Below, piece after piece: positions 1 through 10,400 of a stretch of DNA of 62,171 bases. The DNA comes from Rhodopirellula sp. (GTDB lineage: Bacteria > Planctomycetota > Planctomycetia > Planctomycetales > Planctomycetaceae), in the NCBI GenBank assembly GCA_013203845.1, contig JABMPE010000622.1:1-62171 (forward strand), in the 5' to 3' direction. Position 1 is the first letter of the stretch, and each line of letters starts with the position of its first letter. A model generated the notes under the pieces. The model worked only from the letters and a program-made list of their open reading frames with translations, was not told where the DNA came from and made no database searches. The translations under genes and the position numbers were made by a program.

Positions 1-594
1 CATACCGACTTCTTCCAGCAGGTCCAGCATGTCCTTCCAGGAGTGCATGCCCGCCCAGCAAATTTCGCCTTCGGCAGCGAGTCGCTGGTCGTTGTCCGCA
101 GCGATCTTCGCGGCTTCGCGAAACGTGTCGGCGATGCGAGTCGTGTTGGCCGTTGCGTTTTCCCGCCATTTCTCCACACCGAATTCAGCGGAGTCAATTC
201 GGATGACGCCGTACTTTCGCACGCCATGATCCTCGAAAACCCTCGCGATGCGGCAAGCCATCTTCACGGCTGAGAGGAACTTTTCGCGAGCGGCATCGTC
301 GCCCATCGCTGAGTCGCCGACCGTACCCGGCCAGATCGGAGCGACCAGCGATCCCACCGCGAAGTTGTGCGATGCGATCAGGTCAGCGATTCCTCGCAAC
401 TCGTCATCCGTCGCTTCGGGATTCGTGTGTGGCAGAAACAGGAAGTAGTCGATGCCGTCAAACTTCTGGCCGTTGACTTCGGCAGCAGCGGTCAGTTCCA
501 ACATGTGTTCCAGGCTGATCGGCGGTTCCTGACCCTCGTCAGTTCCCTTGCCGACAAGTCCCGGCCACATCGCATTGTGCAGTTTCAAAGCCAT
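1..594 (-). CDS. Sugar phosphate isomerase/epimerase-like (xylose-isomerase-like TIM barrel) protein; 3' end runs off the window
   Basis: Absent from the supplied ORF track because it has no stop in the window. My reverse-strand translation from the ATG at 594 stays open for 198 codons ([53 protein letters not shown]...[22 protein letters not shown]). The family call is from memory of similar TIM-barrel proteins. Confidence 0.6.
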   Translation of the reverse strand, partial: MALKLHNAMWPGLVGKGTDEGQEPPISLEHMLELTAAAEVNGQKFDGIDYFLFLPHTNPEATDDELRGIADLIASHNFAVGSLVAPIWPGTVGDSAMGDDAAREKFLSAVKMACRIARVFEDHGVRKYGVIRIDSAEFGVEKWRENATANTTRIADTFREAAKIAADNDQRLAAEGEICWAGMHSWKDMLDLLEEVGM

Positions 595-640
595 CGATTG
601 TGCGCCTTTTGAAAAGCGTTTTGTTGAATTCAGTTGAAGA

Positions 641-705
641 ATGACCAATGCGGAAATGACCAATGACCAGTTCATGTTGGCCATTGGTCATTGCGAGCTG
701 GTCAT
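641..705. repeat. Imperfect 65-nt palindrome built from six ATGACCA/TGGTCAT heptamers, between two minus-strand genes
   Basis: ATGACCA at 641, 656 and 663. The complement (TGGCCAT/TGGTCAT) is at 678, 685 and 699. The core stem 655-669 pairs with 678-692 (15 bp, 1 mismatch) around loop GTTCATGT. Confidence 0.6.
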
Positions 706-1929
706 TCAGCTGTTCTTGTAAGCACCCATCGCCGGTGCGTCCGGCTGAGCGTTCGGACCGAAGTAACGCAGTCCGACCAGCGGCTCGTCACCGGTATTTT
801 CGAACTCGACGCCTTCAGCAGCTCGTTTCGCGGTGACGAAGACTTCGTCGTCGGTCAGATCACCGAAGTTGATCATGGCTGGCGTCTGCAGACGCATGTT
901 GCCGATTCGGCCCAGGCCCTGAGTCGTGATCCATGAGTAGGCTCCGCCATCCTGGATCGTGCATTTGGCACCGGGATCAACCGTCAGTTCTTTCGCAGTG
1001 AAAAGCTGCTCGCCGTCGACTTTGCCATAGACAATCCAGCGGTCGGCCCAGCCGTCTCCCTGCGAGCAGATCACTGGCTCCAGATAGTTGTTGTCTTTGA
1101 AATTGGGATCGACGTTCTTTTCCCAGTCGAGGGCGTCGACGAGATACTGGTTATCTTCGTGGAATTCTTCCGGGAAGTCTTTCGTCAGCAGTGCTCGCGG
1201 CACTTCGCGACCTTCGACAAGGTTCTGATACATGCCGAAGACATCGCTGCCCCACTGCGGCTCGTAAGTCAGCAGGCTGCCTGGAGCGTGCAGCACACAA
1301 GGCGGAATCAACCAGCCAGTGCCCGGTTTCAGTCGGTACGCCTTCGACAGGTCGAGGATACCGTTGTCGCCCTTGTTCCAGTCGGCGAGGCACTGCACAA
1401 CTTGTTCTTTGGTCGTGCCCGGCTCCAGACCCATGAATGTGTAGGGGAAATTGTTGCCGGTCGGGTTGAGTTGTGGCGGAAAGTAGTACGATTCCGGCTT
1501 GCCTTCCTGTCCGACCAGCTTCGCCTGTTCGGCGTTCTGATGCATGTGATGAGGTATCGGGCCCATGTTGTCGAAGAACTTCGAGTAAACCGGCCACTTG
1601 CCGTACTTCGACCAGATCGCATCGCCGATGATTTCGGCTTTGAGTTCGGCCACGGCGTCGCGAAGCAGGAACTTCTCACCGTTCGACGTGACGCAGTAGC
1701 TCAGTCCTTCGTCCCAGCCACGATTGTCGTTGGCTGCTTCCGTCGTCGAGCCGAACCAGCGCTCATCAATACCGCCCCGATTCATGCCCAGAGCGTAGTA
1801 GTGATTCGGATTCAGCTTGAGCCGACGTCCGGGCTGCAGGAAGGATCGAGGCACCCAGTTCGGGGCGAGTCGAAAAATGCCGTTTGATTCTGAGAGAGCG
1901 GCAGACGCAAGCGCGGCAACGTTGGCCAT
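706..1929 (-). CDS. Cupin / class-I phosphomannose-isomerase-like protein (function uncertain)
   Basis: 407-aa ORF with clean codon structure and a His-rich segment (MGPIPHHMHQN) typical of cupin metal sites. It lies directly upstream of the TIM-barrel isomerase-like gene. The product call is tentative. Confidence 0.7.
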   Translation of the reverse strand: MANVAALASAALSESNGIFRLAPNWVPRSFLQPGRRLKLNPNHYYALGMNRGGIDERWFGSTTEAANDNRGWDEGLSYCVTSNGEKFLLRDAVAELKAEIIGDAIWSKYGKWPVYSKFFDNMGPIPHHMHQNAEQAKLVGQEGKPESYYFPPQLNPTGNNFPYTFMGLEPGTTKEQVVQCLADWNKGDNGILDLSKAYRLKPGTGWLIPPCVLHAPGSLLTYEPQWGSDVFGMYQNLVEGREVPRALLTKDFPEEFHEDNQYLVDALDWEKNVDPNFKDNNYLEPVICSQGDGWADRWIVYGKVDGEQLFTAKELTVDPGAKCTIQDGGAYSWITTQGLGRIGNMRLQTPAMINFGDLTDDEVFVTAKRAAEGVEFENTGDEPLVGLRYFGPNAQPDAPAMGAYKNS

Positions 1930-2228
1930 GATCGAGATTCCCGGGCAGCAGTTCCAAGGTGTTGTACAAAACGAGTTTGAACCGGGTCACAACCGCACTA
2001 AGAAGCGATCTGATCAGACGGCACTCAAAAACGTTAAAAACTCTAGAATACAGAGCGATTTAAGCGAGCAAACTTACCGGTTGCGATTCCAAATGTAAAC
2101 CGGCTGACGACTTGCGAGCGGCTCCTGAAAAGCATTAATTCCTATTGATAAGAAGACGCAGCTGAGGCAGTTGTGGAAGGCCGGGCCGACGTTGCTGATG
2201 TGACGCTTTGAGCGTTGCAGACTCAACA

Positions 2229-3737
2229 TCATCGGCTGTCACAACGAGCCTGCAGCTGGTCCAGCAATGCCTTGACTTCACCCGTGTATTGTGACGAAAC
2301 ATCGTGAACATCCCACTGATCGTCCGGTTTGGCGAACAGCCTGACGTCGGCATCCGCATTGTCGGGTTCGTTCAACGCTTCCACGGAAGTCGCCAGCGCC
2401 CAGTGCCGGTTACGAATTCCGAGCTGTCCGTCGGGGCCCAGGTGGAACGCCACTTCGCGCCCGGCAGGCGTCGTCCCTGAAATCGCTGCCAGAAGGCTTT
2501 GGTCAGTCGAATTTTCTCGTTCTGCTGAGTTCTGGTCGCCAGCGTCGGTCAGCCAGTGGGCGGTCAGCCAGTGTTCCAGCGTTACTGCAACATCGACAGG
2601 CTGCACCAGAGCCGCTTGTCGACTCCCGAAGGCCTGACCTCCCGACGGGTTGGAAAATTCGGCGATCAACAGCGGCGTCCGAACTTCGGTGTCGTTGAGC
2701 GACCCGGTCAATTGGGTATGTAATGCGGCGTCTGCTTCGCCAGAGAGGCGTATCGACTGAGCGACCGCGTCCGGCAGCAGGTCCGCCGTTTCGCCAAATG
2801 AGTGCCCTTGATTTGCGGAGACCACCAGCAGAATCTGTTCGTCAGAACTTTCGATGGTCTCAAGCAGCTTCAGCAGCCAGCGATCAATCATTGAAACGTA
2901 GCCGGCAAAGACAAGCCTGCTGATTTGCCGTTCAATTTCTGGCGAATCGATCTCGTCAGGTTCTGCGTCAGACACTGGAACAGCGGTCTTCGAGCTGTCC
3001 GATGAGTCGTCTGAGTCGTCTTCTGACTCCACATCGCGTCGCCAGTCAGAAAGCAGCAGACGCACCAGATCTGGATCATGTTCAAACTGACTCACCAGAT
3101 TGCCGGCAATTTCGCTGCCGGATTCGCCGTCGACGATCTCTTCCAGTTCGTCCAGGTACAGCTCGGCAAACAGCCTCGGCGGCAGCCACGGAGAGGGAAC
3201 ACCTCGCGAATGTAGCCAGAGCAGTTCCGGGCGGGAATTGTCGTCAGAAGACGAAGAGTCGGTCGAAAGATCACCAGACAGAATCTCAATTCCGCGACGA
3301 ATCAGGCGGGCAATCGGGACTTCATCATGTTCGGCACCGAGCCCAACTTCTCCACCAACGGCTTCGCTTGCGCTGAACAGTTCGTTCGGAAGCCCTTCAG
3401 AATCCTCTGCGACCAGGCGGCACTGTATGCCCTGTGCTGTCAGACGCTGGATCCAGTTTTGGGCGTCTCCGTCGGAAGCTGATCTGCCGCTACCGTTTTC
3501 GCCAAAGAATTCAAACTGTCCGGTCCACCATGAGTGGTTCGGCCCGACCGGCCCGGGCACCTCGGCGAAGTGTCGATCGAACACGCTGCCGAGTGCGGCC
3601 AGTCGATCGAAACCTGGAGTTTCCGTCCACTCGTTGCCGTAACACCCCAGCAGGTGAGCGGGCATCCGATCAAACGTAAGAACAACTGCTTTCAAAATCT
3701 GTTTTCCTGCAAGTTTCCGCGGGGCGACCAGTATCAT
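2229..3737 (-). CDS. Sulfatase-like / alkaline-phosphatase-superfamily protein with an acidic Ser/Asp-rich insert
   Basis: The N-terminus VVLTFDRMPAHLLGCYGNEWTETPGFDRLA resembles the sulfatase N-terminal metal-binding region, but I see no C/S-x-P-x-R formylglycine motif. There is an internal low-complexity stretch ESEDDSDDSSDSS. Confidence 0.7.
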   Translation of the reverse strand: MILVAPRKLAGKQILKAVVLTFDRMPAHLLGCYGNEWTETPGFDRLAALGSVFDRHFAEVPGPVGPNHSWWTGQFEFFGENGSGRSASDGDAQNWIQRLTAQGIQCRLVAEDSEGLPNELFSASEAVGGEVGLGAEHDEVPIARLIRRGIEILSGDLSTDSSSSDDNSRPELLWLHSRGVPSPWLPPRLFAELYLDELEEIVDGESGSEIAGNLVSQFEHDPDLVRLLLSDWRRDVESEDDSDDSSDSSKTAVPVSDAEPDEIDSPEIERQISRLVFAGYVSMIDRWLLKLLETIESSDEQILLVVSANQGHSFGETADLLPDAVAQSIRLSGEADAALHTQLTGSLNDTEVRTPLLIAEFSNPSGGQAFGSRQAALVQPVDVAVTLEHWLTAHWLTDAGDQNSAERENSTDQSLLAAISGTTPAGREVAFHLGPDGQLGIRNRHWALATSVEALNEPDNADADVRLFAKPDDQWDVHDVSSQYTGEVKALLDQLQARCDSR

Positions 3738-4029
3738 GCTCGAATTTGACAGCCATCACCGGGCACCGGCAAACAAAACGCGAGCGTGTCGATCCATCAA
3801 CATCAGGGGATGGTACGTCATTGCTTCGCTCAACGTACCGTGTGTTCCTCGTGATTCCGTAACGGGACTCGCAGAATTTCCGAGTCTGGCTTTGTATCGG
3901 GTGGCCCGGCGATTGGTTGACAGTTGCCGATCGTTCAGGCACGATGATTGCACATTCCAAACGAGCCATCTCTGACTCATCGCCGTACGGATTGGATTCC
4001 GTCGTTGGTCGTTTCCGCATTGCAACGGA

Positions 4030-4686
4030 TTGTTGGTTTCCCGCCTTCCTTCTGAGCTGTTCTCCAGCGTGTCCACGCGAAACAAAACTCTCGTTGTCGG
4101 TATTCTCGGTGGTATTGGATCCGGAAAGAGCGCCGTTTCCAGAGGTCTTTCCAACCATTTCAAGACATCCCTAATTGACGCTGATCAGGTCGGGCATGAG
4201 GTGCTCGGTTTTCCCATCGTAAAAGTCGGTATCCGACAGGCATTCGGCGACGACGTATTTGACGGACCTGAAATCTGTCGAAAGTCACTCGCGCAAAAAG
4301 TGTTTGGTTCAGAACCCCACCATCAACAGGCACTCATTGAGCTGGAGAAAATCGTTCATCCGGAAATCCGGCGACAGGTTGAAAGTCAGCTGGCCGACAT
4401 TGCCAGCGAAACGGACGTGGTCATTCTTGACGCGGCTGTAATGCTGGAGGCTGGCTGGGATGATCTGTGCGACACAATTGTCTTTGTTGACACACCATTT
4501 GAAACGCGGCTGAGACGGGTAGAGGAAAATCGTGGCTGGACCGCTGACGAACTTCGGCGGCGAGAGGCGAGTCAGGTTTCCCTGGATGACAAGCGGGCCA
4601 TCGCGGAATTTATCGTCGACAACTCGGAAAGCCTCGAAAACGCGATTCAACAACTGGCGTCTTTTATCGATAAGCGACTTCACTGA
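4030..4686 (+). CDS. coaE: Dephospho-CoA kinase
   Basis: Walker A VVGILGGIGSGKSAV followed by LIDADQVGHEVL is a typical CoaE pattern. The track start is TTG 4030; an in-frame GTG at 4069 is an alternative start. Confidence 0.9.
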   Translation: MLVSRLPSELFSSVSTRNKTLVVGILGGIGSGKSAVSRGLSNHFKTSLIDADQVGHEVLGFPIVKVGIRQAFGDDVFDGPEICRKSLAQKVFGSEPHHQQALIELEKIVHPEIRRQVESQLADIASETDVVILDAAVMLEAGWDDLCDTIVFVDTPFETRLRRVEENRGWTADELRRREASQVSLDDKRAIAEFIVDNSESLENAIQQLASFIDKRLH

Positions 4687-4820
4687 AATTCCCCCACTGA
4701 CTCACTGATTTTCCGCTGGCGGGCCGCCCGCGAAATCCGTCTGACTCGCCCGAGTCTGGCACCCTTTTACATTTAAGCCCCCCTCTCGCAGGGGTGTTGC
4801 TGATGCGGTTTCTCTTGTGA

Positions 4821-6248
4821 ATGGCGGGCAATCGCCTGTCAGACACGATGGACCTCAAGTCCGACCGAAACAGTAAGACACCTCTCGCAGCTGCAATGGC
4901 TCCAATTATGTCCGAAGTCAAACAGGCACGAAGCGACCAGGACGCCTTCCCCGGCGATCGGCGTTACGAAGAAATCAAACAGGGCGACCTGCACATCGCC
5001 GAGCTGCAGCGCATGTCGATTCTCGAACTGCTCGAACTCGCAGAGCAGGAAAATCTGACCGAGGTTGTCGGGCTCAAGAAGCAGGACCTGATCTTCAAAA
5101 TCCTGAAAGCACGAACCAAGATCAACGGTCTGATGTTCGGCGAAGGAACTCTGGAGATCCTCCCCGACGGGTTCGGTTTTCTCCGCAGTCCGGATTATCA
5201 CTATCTGCCCTGTCCTGACGACATCTATGTCTCGCCCAGTCAGATTCGGCGTTTCGGCCTGAAGACCGGCGCAACGGTCGCGGGACAGATTCGACCGCCC
5301 AAAGAAAATGAACGTTACTTCGCGTTGCTGCGAGTCGAAGCGATCAATGGTCAGGATCCAAACCTCGTTACCGCCAAGATTTCGTTCGACGATCTGACGC
5401 CGCTGCATCCAAATCGACGACTGATCCTGGCAAATGACTCGAAGGAAATCAGTACGCGGGTTGTTGACCTGCTCGCTCCAATCGGTATGGGGCAGCGAGG
5501 TTTGATCGTCTCGCCACCCAAAGCCGGCAAGACGATCCTGCTCAAGCAGCTTGCCAAAGCGACCATGATGAATCACCCGGATGCTTACGTGATCGTCCTG
5601 CTGATCGACGAGCGACCGGAAGAAGTCACTGATATGGAACGCGAAATTCGCGGGCCTAACTGCGAAGTTGTCAGCAGCACATTCGACGAACCACCAAGCC
5701 GGCATATTCAGGTCTCCGAAATGGTGATCGAAAAAGCCAAACGGATGGTGGAATACGGTGACGATGTCATCATTTATCTCGACTCGATCACGCGGCTGGC
5801 GCGAGCCTGGAATACCGAAGTACCGCATTCCGGCAAGATTCTGACCGGCGGTGTCGACGCGAATGCCCTGCAGCATCCGAAGCGATTTTTCGGTGCCGCA
5901 CGCAACGTCGAGGACGGCGGTAGTTTGACAATCGTCGCAACGGCACTGGTGGATACTGGCTCCAAAATGGATGAAGTCATTTTCGAAGAGTTCAAGGGAA
6001 CCGGTAACACCGAGCTGTATCTCGACCGTCGCATGGTCGAAAAACGAGTGTGGCCGGCAATCGACATCAACCGCTCGGGAACGCGTCGTGAAGAGCTGCT
6101 GTTTACCGAGGATGAGCTGCAGCGAATCTGGGTGCTGCGTCGCGTCCTGAACGACATGAATCCGGTCGAGGCGATGGAACTTCTCACCAGCAGAATGCGA
6201 AAAACCAAAACCAACGACGAGTTTCTGCTCACCATGAACCTGAGTTAG
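4821..6248 (+). CDS. rho: Transcription termination factor Rho (with about 55-aa N-terminal extension)
   Basis: RNA-binding region [44 protein letters not shown], Walker [12 protein letters not shown], and the C-terminal [19 protein letters not shown]. Confidence 0.97.
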   Translation: MAGNRLSDTMDLKSDRNSKTPLAAAMAPIMSEVKQARSDQDAFPGDRRYEEIKQGDLHIAELQRMSILELLELAEQENLTEVVGLKKQDLIFKILKARTKINGLMFGEGTLEILPDGFGFLRSPDYHYLPCPDDIYVSPSQIRRFGLKTGATVAGQIRPPKENERYFALLRVEAINGQDPNLVTAKISFDDLTPLHPNRRLILANDSKEISTRVVDLLAPIGMGQRGLIVSPPKAGKTILLKQLAKATMMNHPDAYVIVLLIDERPEEVTDMEREIRGPNCEVVSSTFDEPPSRHIQVSEMVIEKAKRMVEYGDDVIIYLDSITRLARAWNTEVPHSGKILTGGVDANALQHPKRFFGAARNVEDGGSLTIVATALVDTGSKMDEVIFEEFKGTGNTELYLDRRMVEKRVWPAIDINRSGTRREELLFTEDELQRIWVLRRVLNDMNPVEAMELLTSRMRKTKTNDEFLLTMNLS

Positions 6249-6358
6249 CTGTCCGGGCGAAAGTCGATTCGCACAATGGTGAAATACACCGGCGATGGCT
6301 CACCCTGTGATGATCCTGTAAACGAAATTCTGACTCCCAAGGCGACGACTGATTGACC

Positions 6359-6847
6359 ATGCCGAAAGAAATCGAAGGCAAACTGATTCTTACCGACGAG
6401 TCTGTCGCGATTGTTGTCGCCAGGTTTAATGACCTGATCACCAACCGCCTCCTGGACGGGTCGCTTGATACTCTGCGCCGCCACGGAGCCAGCGACGACA
6501 ACATCACGGTCGTCCGTGTGCCTGGCTCGTTCGAGCTTCCGCTGATAGCCGACAAGCTGGCGAACTCTGGGAAGTTCGACGCCGTGATCTGTCTGGGAGC
6601 GGTCATCCAGGGGCAAACGACGCACCACGATTACATCAATCATCAGGTCGCTGCCGGGCTTCGGGAAGCGAGTCAGAGAAGCGGCATTCCTGTAACCTTC
6701 GGGGTTTTGACCTGTCAGTCGATGGAGCAGGCAATCGATCGAGCTGGCGGTAAAGTCGGTAATAAAGGTCACGAAGCCGCGCTGGCTGCCATCGAGGTCA
6801 TCACGACGCTGAGACAACTGAAGGCGGCGGGCATTCTCGCTGAGTGA
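6359..6847 (+). CDS. ribH: 6,7-dimethyl-8-ribityllumazine synthase
   Basis: [20 protein letters not shown]...[11 protein letters not shown]...[20 protein letters not shown] matches the RibH signature. The track ORF starts at TTG 6353; I prefer ATG 6359. Confidence 0.95.
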   Translation: MPKEIEGKLILTDESVAIVVARFNDLITNRLLDGSLDTLRRHGASDDNITVVRVPGSFELPLIADKLANSGKFDAVICLGAVIQGQTTHHDYINHQVAAGLREASQRSGIPVTFGVLTCQSMEQAIDRAGGKVGNKGHEAALAAIEVITTLRQLKAAGILAE

Positions 6848-6868
6848 GTTGATGGGAAACGGGTTTCT

Positions 6869-6951
6869 GCAGGCTGAGACAAGCGTGTAGTTGTTCCGGC
6901 ATTTGAGGATTGTCGTACTGCCGGAACAGCGCAGAGCTTGTTCCAGCCTAC
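6869..6951. repeat. REPIN-like palindromic element, family A, copy 1 (left arm decayed)
   Basis: The right arm TGCCGGAACAGCGCAGAGCTTGTTCCAGCCTAC matches copies at 37176, 49315 and 60673. The 17-nt loop is the reverse complement of the loop in copy 60673. It lies between ribH and nusB. Confidence 0.7.
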
Positions 6952-6975
6952 TTTTTAACGGTGACACGAACCACG

Positions 6976-7380
6976 ATGGCACGACGACGAGAAGCTCGCA
7001 CAGCAGCCCTTCAACTGCTCTATCAGCGAGACCTGAATCCGGAAATTGATCAACACATCGCGCACGAGATGCTCGATGACCTGGTCGAAAATGAGGACCT
7101 GCGCGAGTTCGCCTGGCAGATCTACACCGGCACGCTTTCAGTCTCGCAAGAGCTTGACCAGAAGATTCAGGCCATCGCGGAAAACTGGCGAGTCTCGCGG
7201 ATGTCGCCGACCGATCGGAACATCATTCGCATGGGCATTTACGAGATGACCATGATGGGCACTGCTCCAGCAGTCGTGCTTGATGAATGTATCGAAATCG
7301 CGAAGGCCTTTGGCGCGGTTCAGTCGGGGCAGTTCGTGAACGGCGTACTCGACAAGTTGATTCCCCAGGCGACTGACTGA
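6976..7380 (+). CDS. nusB: Transcription antitermination factor NusB
   Basis: MARRREARTAALQLLYQRDLN... with a C-terminal FVNGVLDK motif, and classic ribH-nusB adjacency. The upstream part of track ORF 6910 reads through the repeat element and is rejected. Confidence 0.9.
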   Translation: MARRREARTAALQLLYQRDLNPEIDQHIAHEMLDDLVENEDLREFAWQIYTGTLSVSQELDQKIQAIAENWRVSRMSPTDRNIIRMGIYEMTMMGTAPAVVLDECIEIAKAFGAVQSGQFVNGVLDKLIPQATD

Positions 7381-7404
7381 CTTGCGTGGCCAGGTCTGTC
7401 TGAA

Positions 7405-7920
7405 TCAACTGATCTTTCGATAGCGCTCCAGCAGCGGCTCGACCACGCACTCGGGCACAAAACGCTGCAGGCGCGAATCGGCGAGGTCCTTGCCCATTCG
7501 GGCGATCTGCTTGATCAGCGTGCTGGAGATGTGCGAGTACTTTTCGCTGGCCATCAGGAACACGGTTTCCAGTTCCGGCGCCAGTGAATGGTTCGTCAGG
7601 GCCATCGTAAATTCAAGCTCGATATCACTGACCGTGCGCACGCCGCGCAACAGGACTGCCGCGTCGATCTCCCGTGCAAATGTCACTGACAGCCCCTCAA
7701 AGCAACGAATCTCAACGTTCGGCAAATCGGCGACCATCTCGCTGACAAGTGAGATGCGTTCGTCCGGACTGAACAGCGGTTGCTTGTCCGGGTTAATGCC
7801 GATCCCAACCGTCAGTCGGTCAAACAAGCGCGAGCCTCGCTGAATGATGTCGAGATGCCCGAGCGTCGGTGGGTCAAAACTTCCGACGTAAACGGCATTC
7901 CGTGTGTTGGCATCAGGCAT
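7405..7920 (-). CDS. coaD: Phosphopantetheine adenylyltransferase
   Basis: AVYVGSFDPPTLGHLDII (the T/HxGH nucleotidyltransferase motif) and SHISSTLIKQI near the C-terminus. I take the start at the internal ATG (MPDANT); the track ORF extends to 7971. Confidence 0.93.
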   Translation of the reverse strand: MPDANTRNAVYVGSFDPPTLGHLDIIQRGSRLFDRLTVGIGINPDKQPLFSPDERISLVSEMVADLPNVEIRCFEGLSVTFAREIDAAVLLRGVRTVSDIELEFTMALTNHSLAPELETVFLMASEKYSHISSTLIKQIARMGKDLADSRLQRFVPECVVEPLLERYRKIS

Positions 7921-8284
7921 CGCTTCGCACCATTTCTTGAGTTGGTGTCGACAGGTGGACGTACTTCTCAACGGGATTCTACCGCGTTCATTCTGTTTCT
8001 GCTCCTACGGAAAGTGCCGCTTGACGAACCGCTGCCTGTTTGGCAGTTTGCCAATCCGGCAGCAGTGGATCGTCAGCTTTGAGGATTAACTTTACACTGC
8101 ATCAGTAGTCAGAGAAATAAGTTACGCCGCTGGCTGTGTTCGGTATGGAGCTCTTGCCGGGTCTCGGTACGTTGTTTGCTTCGGGCAGGACGAGTCTGCA
8201 GAATCGATCTGCGAGGCCGCCCGAAACCGTCGAATCGACACGTCGGCACCTTTACTCAGGAACCCGTTCGAGGGTGTATTGATC

Positions 8285-8728
8285 ATGGCCGTTTTTCGCT
8301 GGGGACATAGCTGGAGCGACGCGTTCAGCGATCTCGAACGAGAAGTCGACAGCATCCTGCAGAGCGTCAATCAGACGTTTCAGGGATTGAGGTTTGGTCG
8401 GCAATATCCACCGATCAACCTGTACGATCTCGACGACCATTACCTGTTAACCGCCGAGATCGCTGGCGTCGCAAAAGATGATCTGGACCTGGCCATCGCC
8501 AACGGAGTGCTGACGGTTCGAGGCGGACGGAAGCTCGACGAAGGCGCCGAGGAAAATCGGTATCGTCGACAGGAGCGTCCGCACGGAATGTGGCAACGAT
8601 CGATCTCGTTGCCCGAACGTGTTTCCGAGGAAGGTCTGGAGGCAGACCTGACGAATGGAATCCTGAGAATCGTGCTGCCTAAGGCTCAGGCGGAAACTCC
8701 CCGTCAGATTCCCGTGACGGGCGGCTAA
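8285..8728 (+). CDS. Hsp20/alpha-crystallin family small heat-shock protein
   Basis: Alpha-crystallin domain: [37 protein letters not shown]...SISLPERV...[14 protein letters not shown]. Confidence 0.93.
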   Translation: MAVFRWGHSWSDAFSDLEREVDSILQSVNQTFQGLRFGRQYPPINLYDLDDHYLLTAEIAGVAKDDLDLAIANGVLTVRGGRKLDEGAEENRYRRQERPHGMWQRSISLPERVSEEGLEADLTNGILRIVLPKAQAETPRQIPVTGG

Positions 8729-8739
8729 GAGGGCTCAAT

Positions 8740-9168
8740 ATGACCAACGAACTATCGCGTCAGGATCCCGAGCCAAAACCATCGGGAAATGAACAGAGAG
8801 CCAACCGGGGAACAGGTCCCGCTCAGCCGGTTGAGCGGTACGTGTTCACGCCGCCCATCGACATTCACGAGACCGACGACGGGTTGATCCTGCGCGCTGA
8901 CCTGCCAGGAGTTTCGCTCGACACCCTGGAGCTGCAGGTTCAGAACAATCGATTGACATTGTTTGGTCGCGTTCCACTGGTTGCTCCCGAAGGAGCGAGG
9001 TTAATCCATCAGGAATATCACGAAGGCGACTACCTGCGTTCCTTCATCCTGAGCGACAATGTTGACCATGATCGAATTTCCGCAAAGCTGACGAACGGCG
9101 TCCTGGAAGTCTTTCTTCCGCACACGCAGAAGGCCCAGCCGCGAAAGATTCAGGTCTCCGGCTCGTAG
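8740..9168 (+). CDS. Hsp20/alpha-crystallin family small heat-shock protein (second, tandem)
   Basis: [37 protein letters not shown]...[27 protein letters not shown]. Confidence 0.93.
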   Translation: MTNELSRQDPEPKPSGNEQRANRGTGPAQPVERYVFTPPIDIHETDDGLILRADLPGVSLDTLELQVQNNRLTLFGRVPLVAPEGARLIHQEYHEGDYLRSFILSDNVDHDRISAKLTNGVLEVFLPHTQKAQPRKIQVSGS

Positions 9169-9399
9169 CAGAGTTCGCCAGCGCCAGCGGTCTCTCTTTG
9201 GCCGAAACATACGGACCAAAGCCGCGTTCGAGACCAATCTGTAAACGCCGGACTCACCTGACACCCCAAATTCGGTGGTTTGCGCACTTCGTTGGAAACA
9301 CCTCCAGAAGGTGTGGATAGCATGGCCGGTGTGGCATCTCACTCGCCGCATGCCAGAACACACAGGCAGCTTCCCCTCTTCTCAATGCAAGGCTCTCAC

Positions 9400-10119
9400 A
9401 TGACTCAGGCACAGAATGCGCAGGCGGAATCCACACCAACCAATCGTAGAATTCTCAATTACCACCTGACAAAACTTCGGACAGACGGTGCCATCATCAG
9501 CGGGGCGGTTCTGTCTGTCGCCGCCACACTCGGGACGGTCGTTCTGCTTCACGAAAACGTGAACGGCTTCTGGATCGTTCCGGCGACGGCTGTTGCTCTT
9601 ACTGCGGCACTCGTTCCAACGACGGTCTGTGTTCGAGAAATCTTTCGTCGGAAACGTGCTCAGCTTTCGATCCAGCCAGCGAATTCTTCAGTGCGACCGC
9701 TGGCGCTCTTTGCGTTTTCGCTCGTGTTCGGGATGCTGGTTACGGCTGGCGTTTCAAAGAACACCTTGGAATCTGGTGTGTACTACCAGATTGGCCAGCG
9801 ACAACTTGAGCAGCAGGATTACCTGGCAGCAGCCGAAACCTTTTCGAAGTTTATCAGCGTCGCGCCCCAGCACTCGATTGGTTATTACAAACGAGGGTTC
9901 GCCATGTACAAGGCCGGTCAGCTGGACCTGGCCTACGCAGACCTCAAGGTCGCGATCGATCGCCAGCCGCGAGACTGGAACTCACGGGTGCTCTTCCTCG
10001 GAACGCTGGATCGTCTCGGTCGAGCCGATGAACTGAAGTCCGAACTGGGACGCGCGGAGCAATTAAATCCCAATGCCCGACGTTCGCTGAATCAGCTGCT
10101 GGAGTCTGTCGACGGTTAA
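9400..10119 (+). CDS. Membrane protein with C-terminal TPR repeats
   Basis: Three hydrophobic helices are followed by TPR-like units (YYQIGQRQLEQQDYLAAAETFSKFISVAPQHSIGYYKRGFAMYKAGQLDLAYADLKVAI). The start is uncertain: in-frame candidates are the track start at 9280 and ATGs at 9322 and 9385. Confidence 0.7.
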   Translation: MTQAQNAQAESTPTNRRILNYHLTKLRTDGAIISGAVLSVAATLGTVVLLHENVNGFWIVPATAVALTAALVPTTVCVREIFRRKRAQLSIQPANSSVRPLALFAFSLVFGMLVTAGVSKNTLESGVYYQIGQRQLEQQDYLAAAETFSKFISVAPQHSIGYYKRGFAMYKAGQLDLAYADLKVAIDRQPRDWNSRVLFLGTLDRLGRADELKSELGRAEQLNPNARRSLNQLLESVDG

Positions 10120-10144
10120 CCATCGATTCCCGATCTGAAAAGAG

Positions 10145-10189
10145 CGGCCTGCGAGTGAATTCATTCCTCGCAGGCCGTTTTCGAATTTT
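10145..10189 (+). terminator. Rho-independent terminator after the TPR membrane protein gene
   Basis: An 11-bp perfect stem CGGCCTGCGAG / CTCGCAGGCCG with an 11-nt loop, followed by TTTTCGAATTTT. Confidence 0.7.
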
Positions 10190-10400
10190 GAGCGGTCTGC
10201 GATGCTGTAACCTCGACGTACTGAGGAGAGCGAACTTTGCAAAGCGGGCGGTCGGACCGTGGGAACGCATTGCCCGAAACGCTATTTTGTTGAAACCTGG
10301 AGGATTTCCCGGAAAGCGGAGTTCCCCATCAGCCTGTTTCAATTCACCCCGACCGATCTCTCAGGTTCAGCAATCTGCGGAACAAGCCGCGACACGAAAA

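Noticed and set aside
4839-5876. Long antisense ORFs opposite well-supported genes. Examples: 4839-5876 opposite rho, 10936-11673 opposite thrC, 16273-17097 opposite the HlyD-type gene, 20782-21900 opposite the ferredoxin-like gene, 23145-24035 opposite tatC, 36191-37009 opposite lpxC, 39519-40352 opposite mgtE, and 46908-47933 opposite the DUF4159 gene.
   Set aside because: These are the shadow ORFs typical of GC-rich DNA. The translations are Arg/Ser/Pro-rich with no recognisable motifs, whereas the opposite strand carries unmistakable family signatures.
6278-6294. The string GGTGAAATACACCGGCG upstream of ribH resembles the GGUGAAAUUCC..ACCGGCGGU core of the FMN (RFN) riboswitch.
   Set aside because: I could not find the other conserved RFN blocks (GCCGACAGU, AGUCUGGAUG, the P1 pairing) in 6200-6358. 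The spacer is only about 100 nt, and ribH-nusB pairs are commonly not FMN-regulated.
8041-8052. TGGCAGTTTGCC upstream of the hsp20 pair looks superficially like a sigma-54 -24/-12 promoter.
   Set aside because: The GG and GC elements are about 8 nt apart instead of the canonical spacing (TGGCAC-N5-TTGC). I also found no CIRCE or ROSE-like element in 7972-8284.
10155-10400. The N-terminal 82 codons of track ORF 10155-10844.
   Set aside because: The GTG at 10155 lies inside the terminator hairpin of the upstream gene. The extension is Arg/Pro/Ser-rich, and a good ATG at 10401 precedes the first TM helix.
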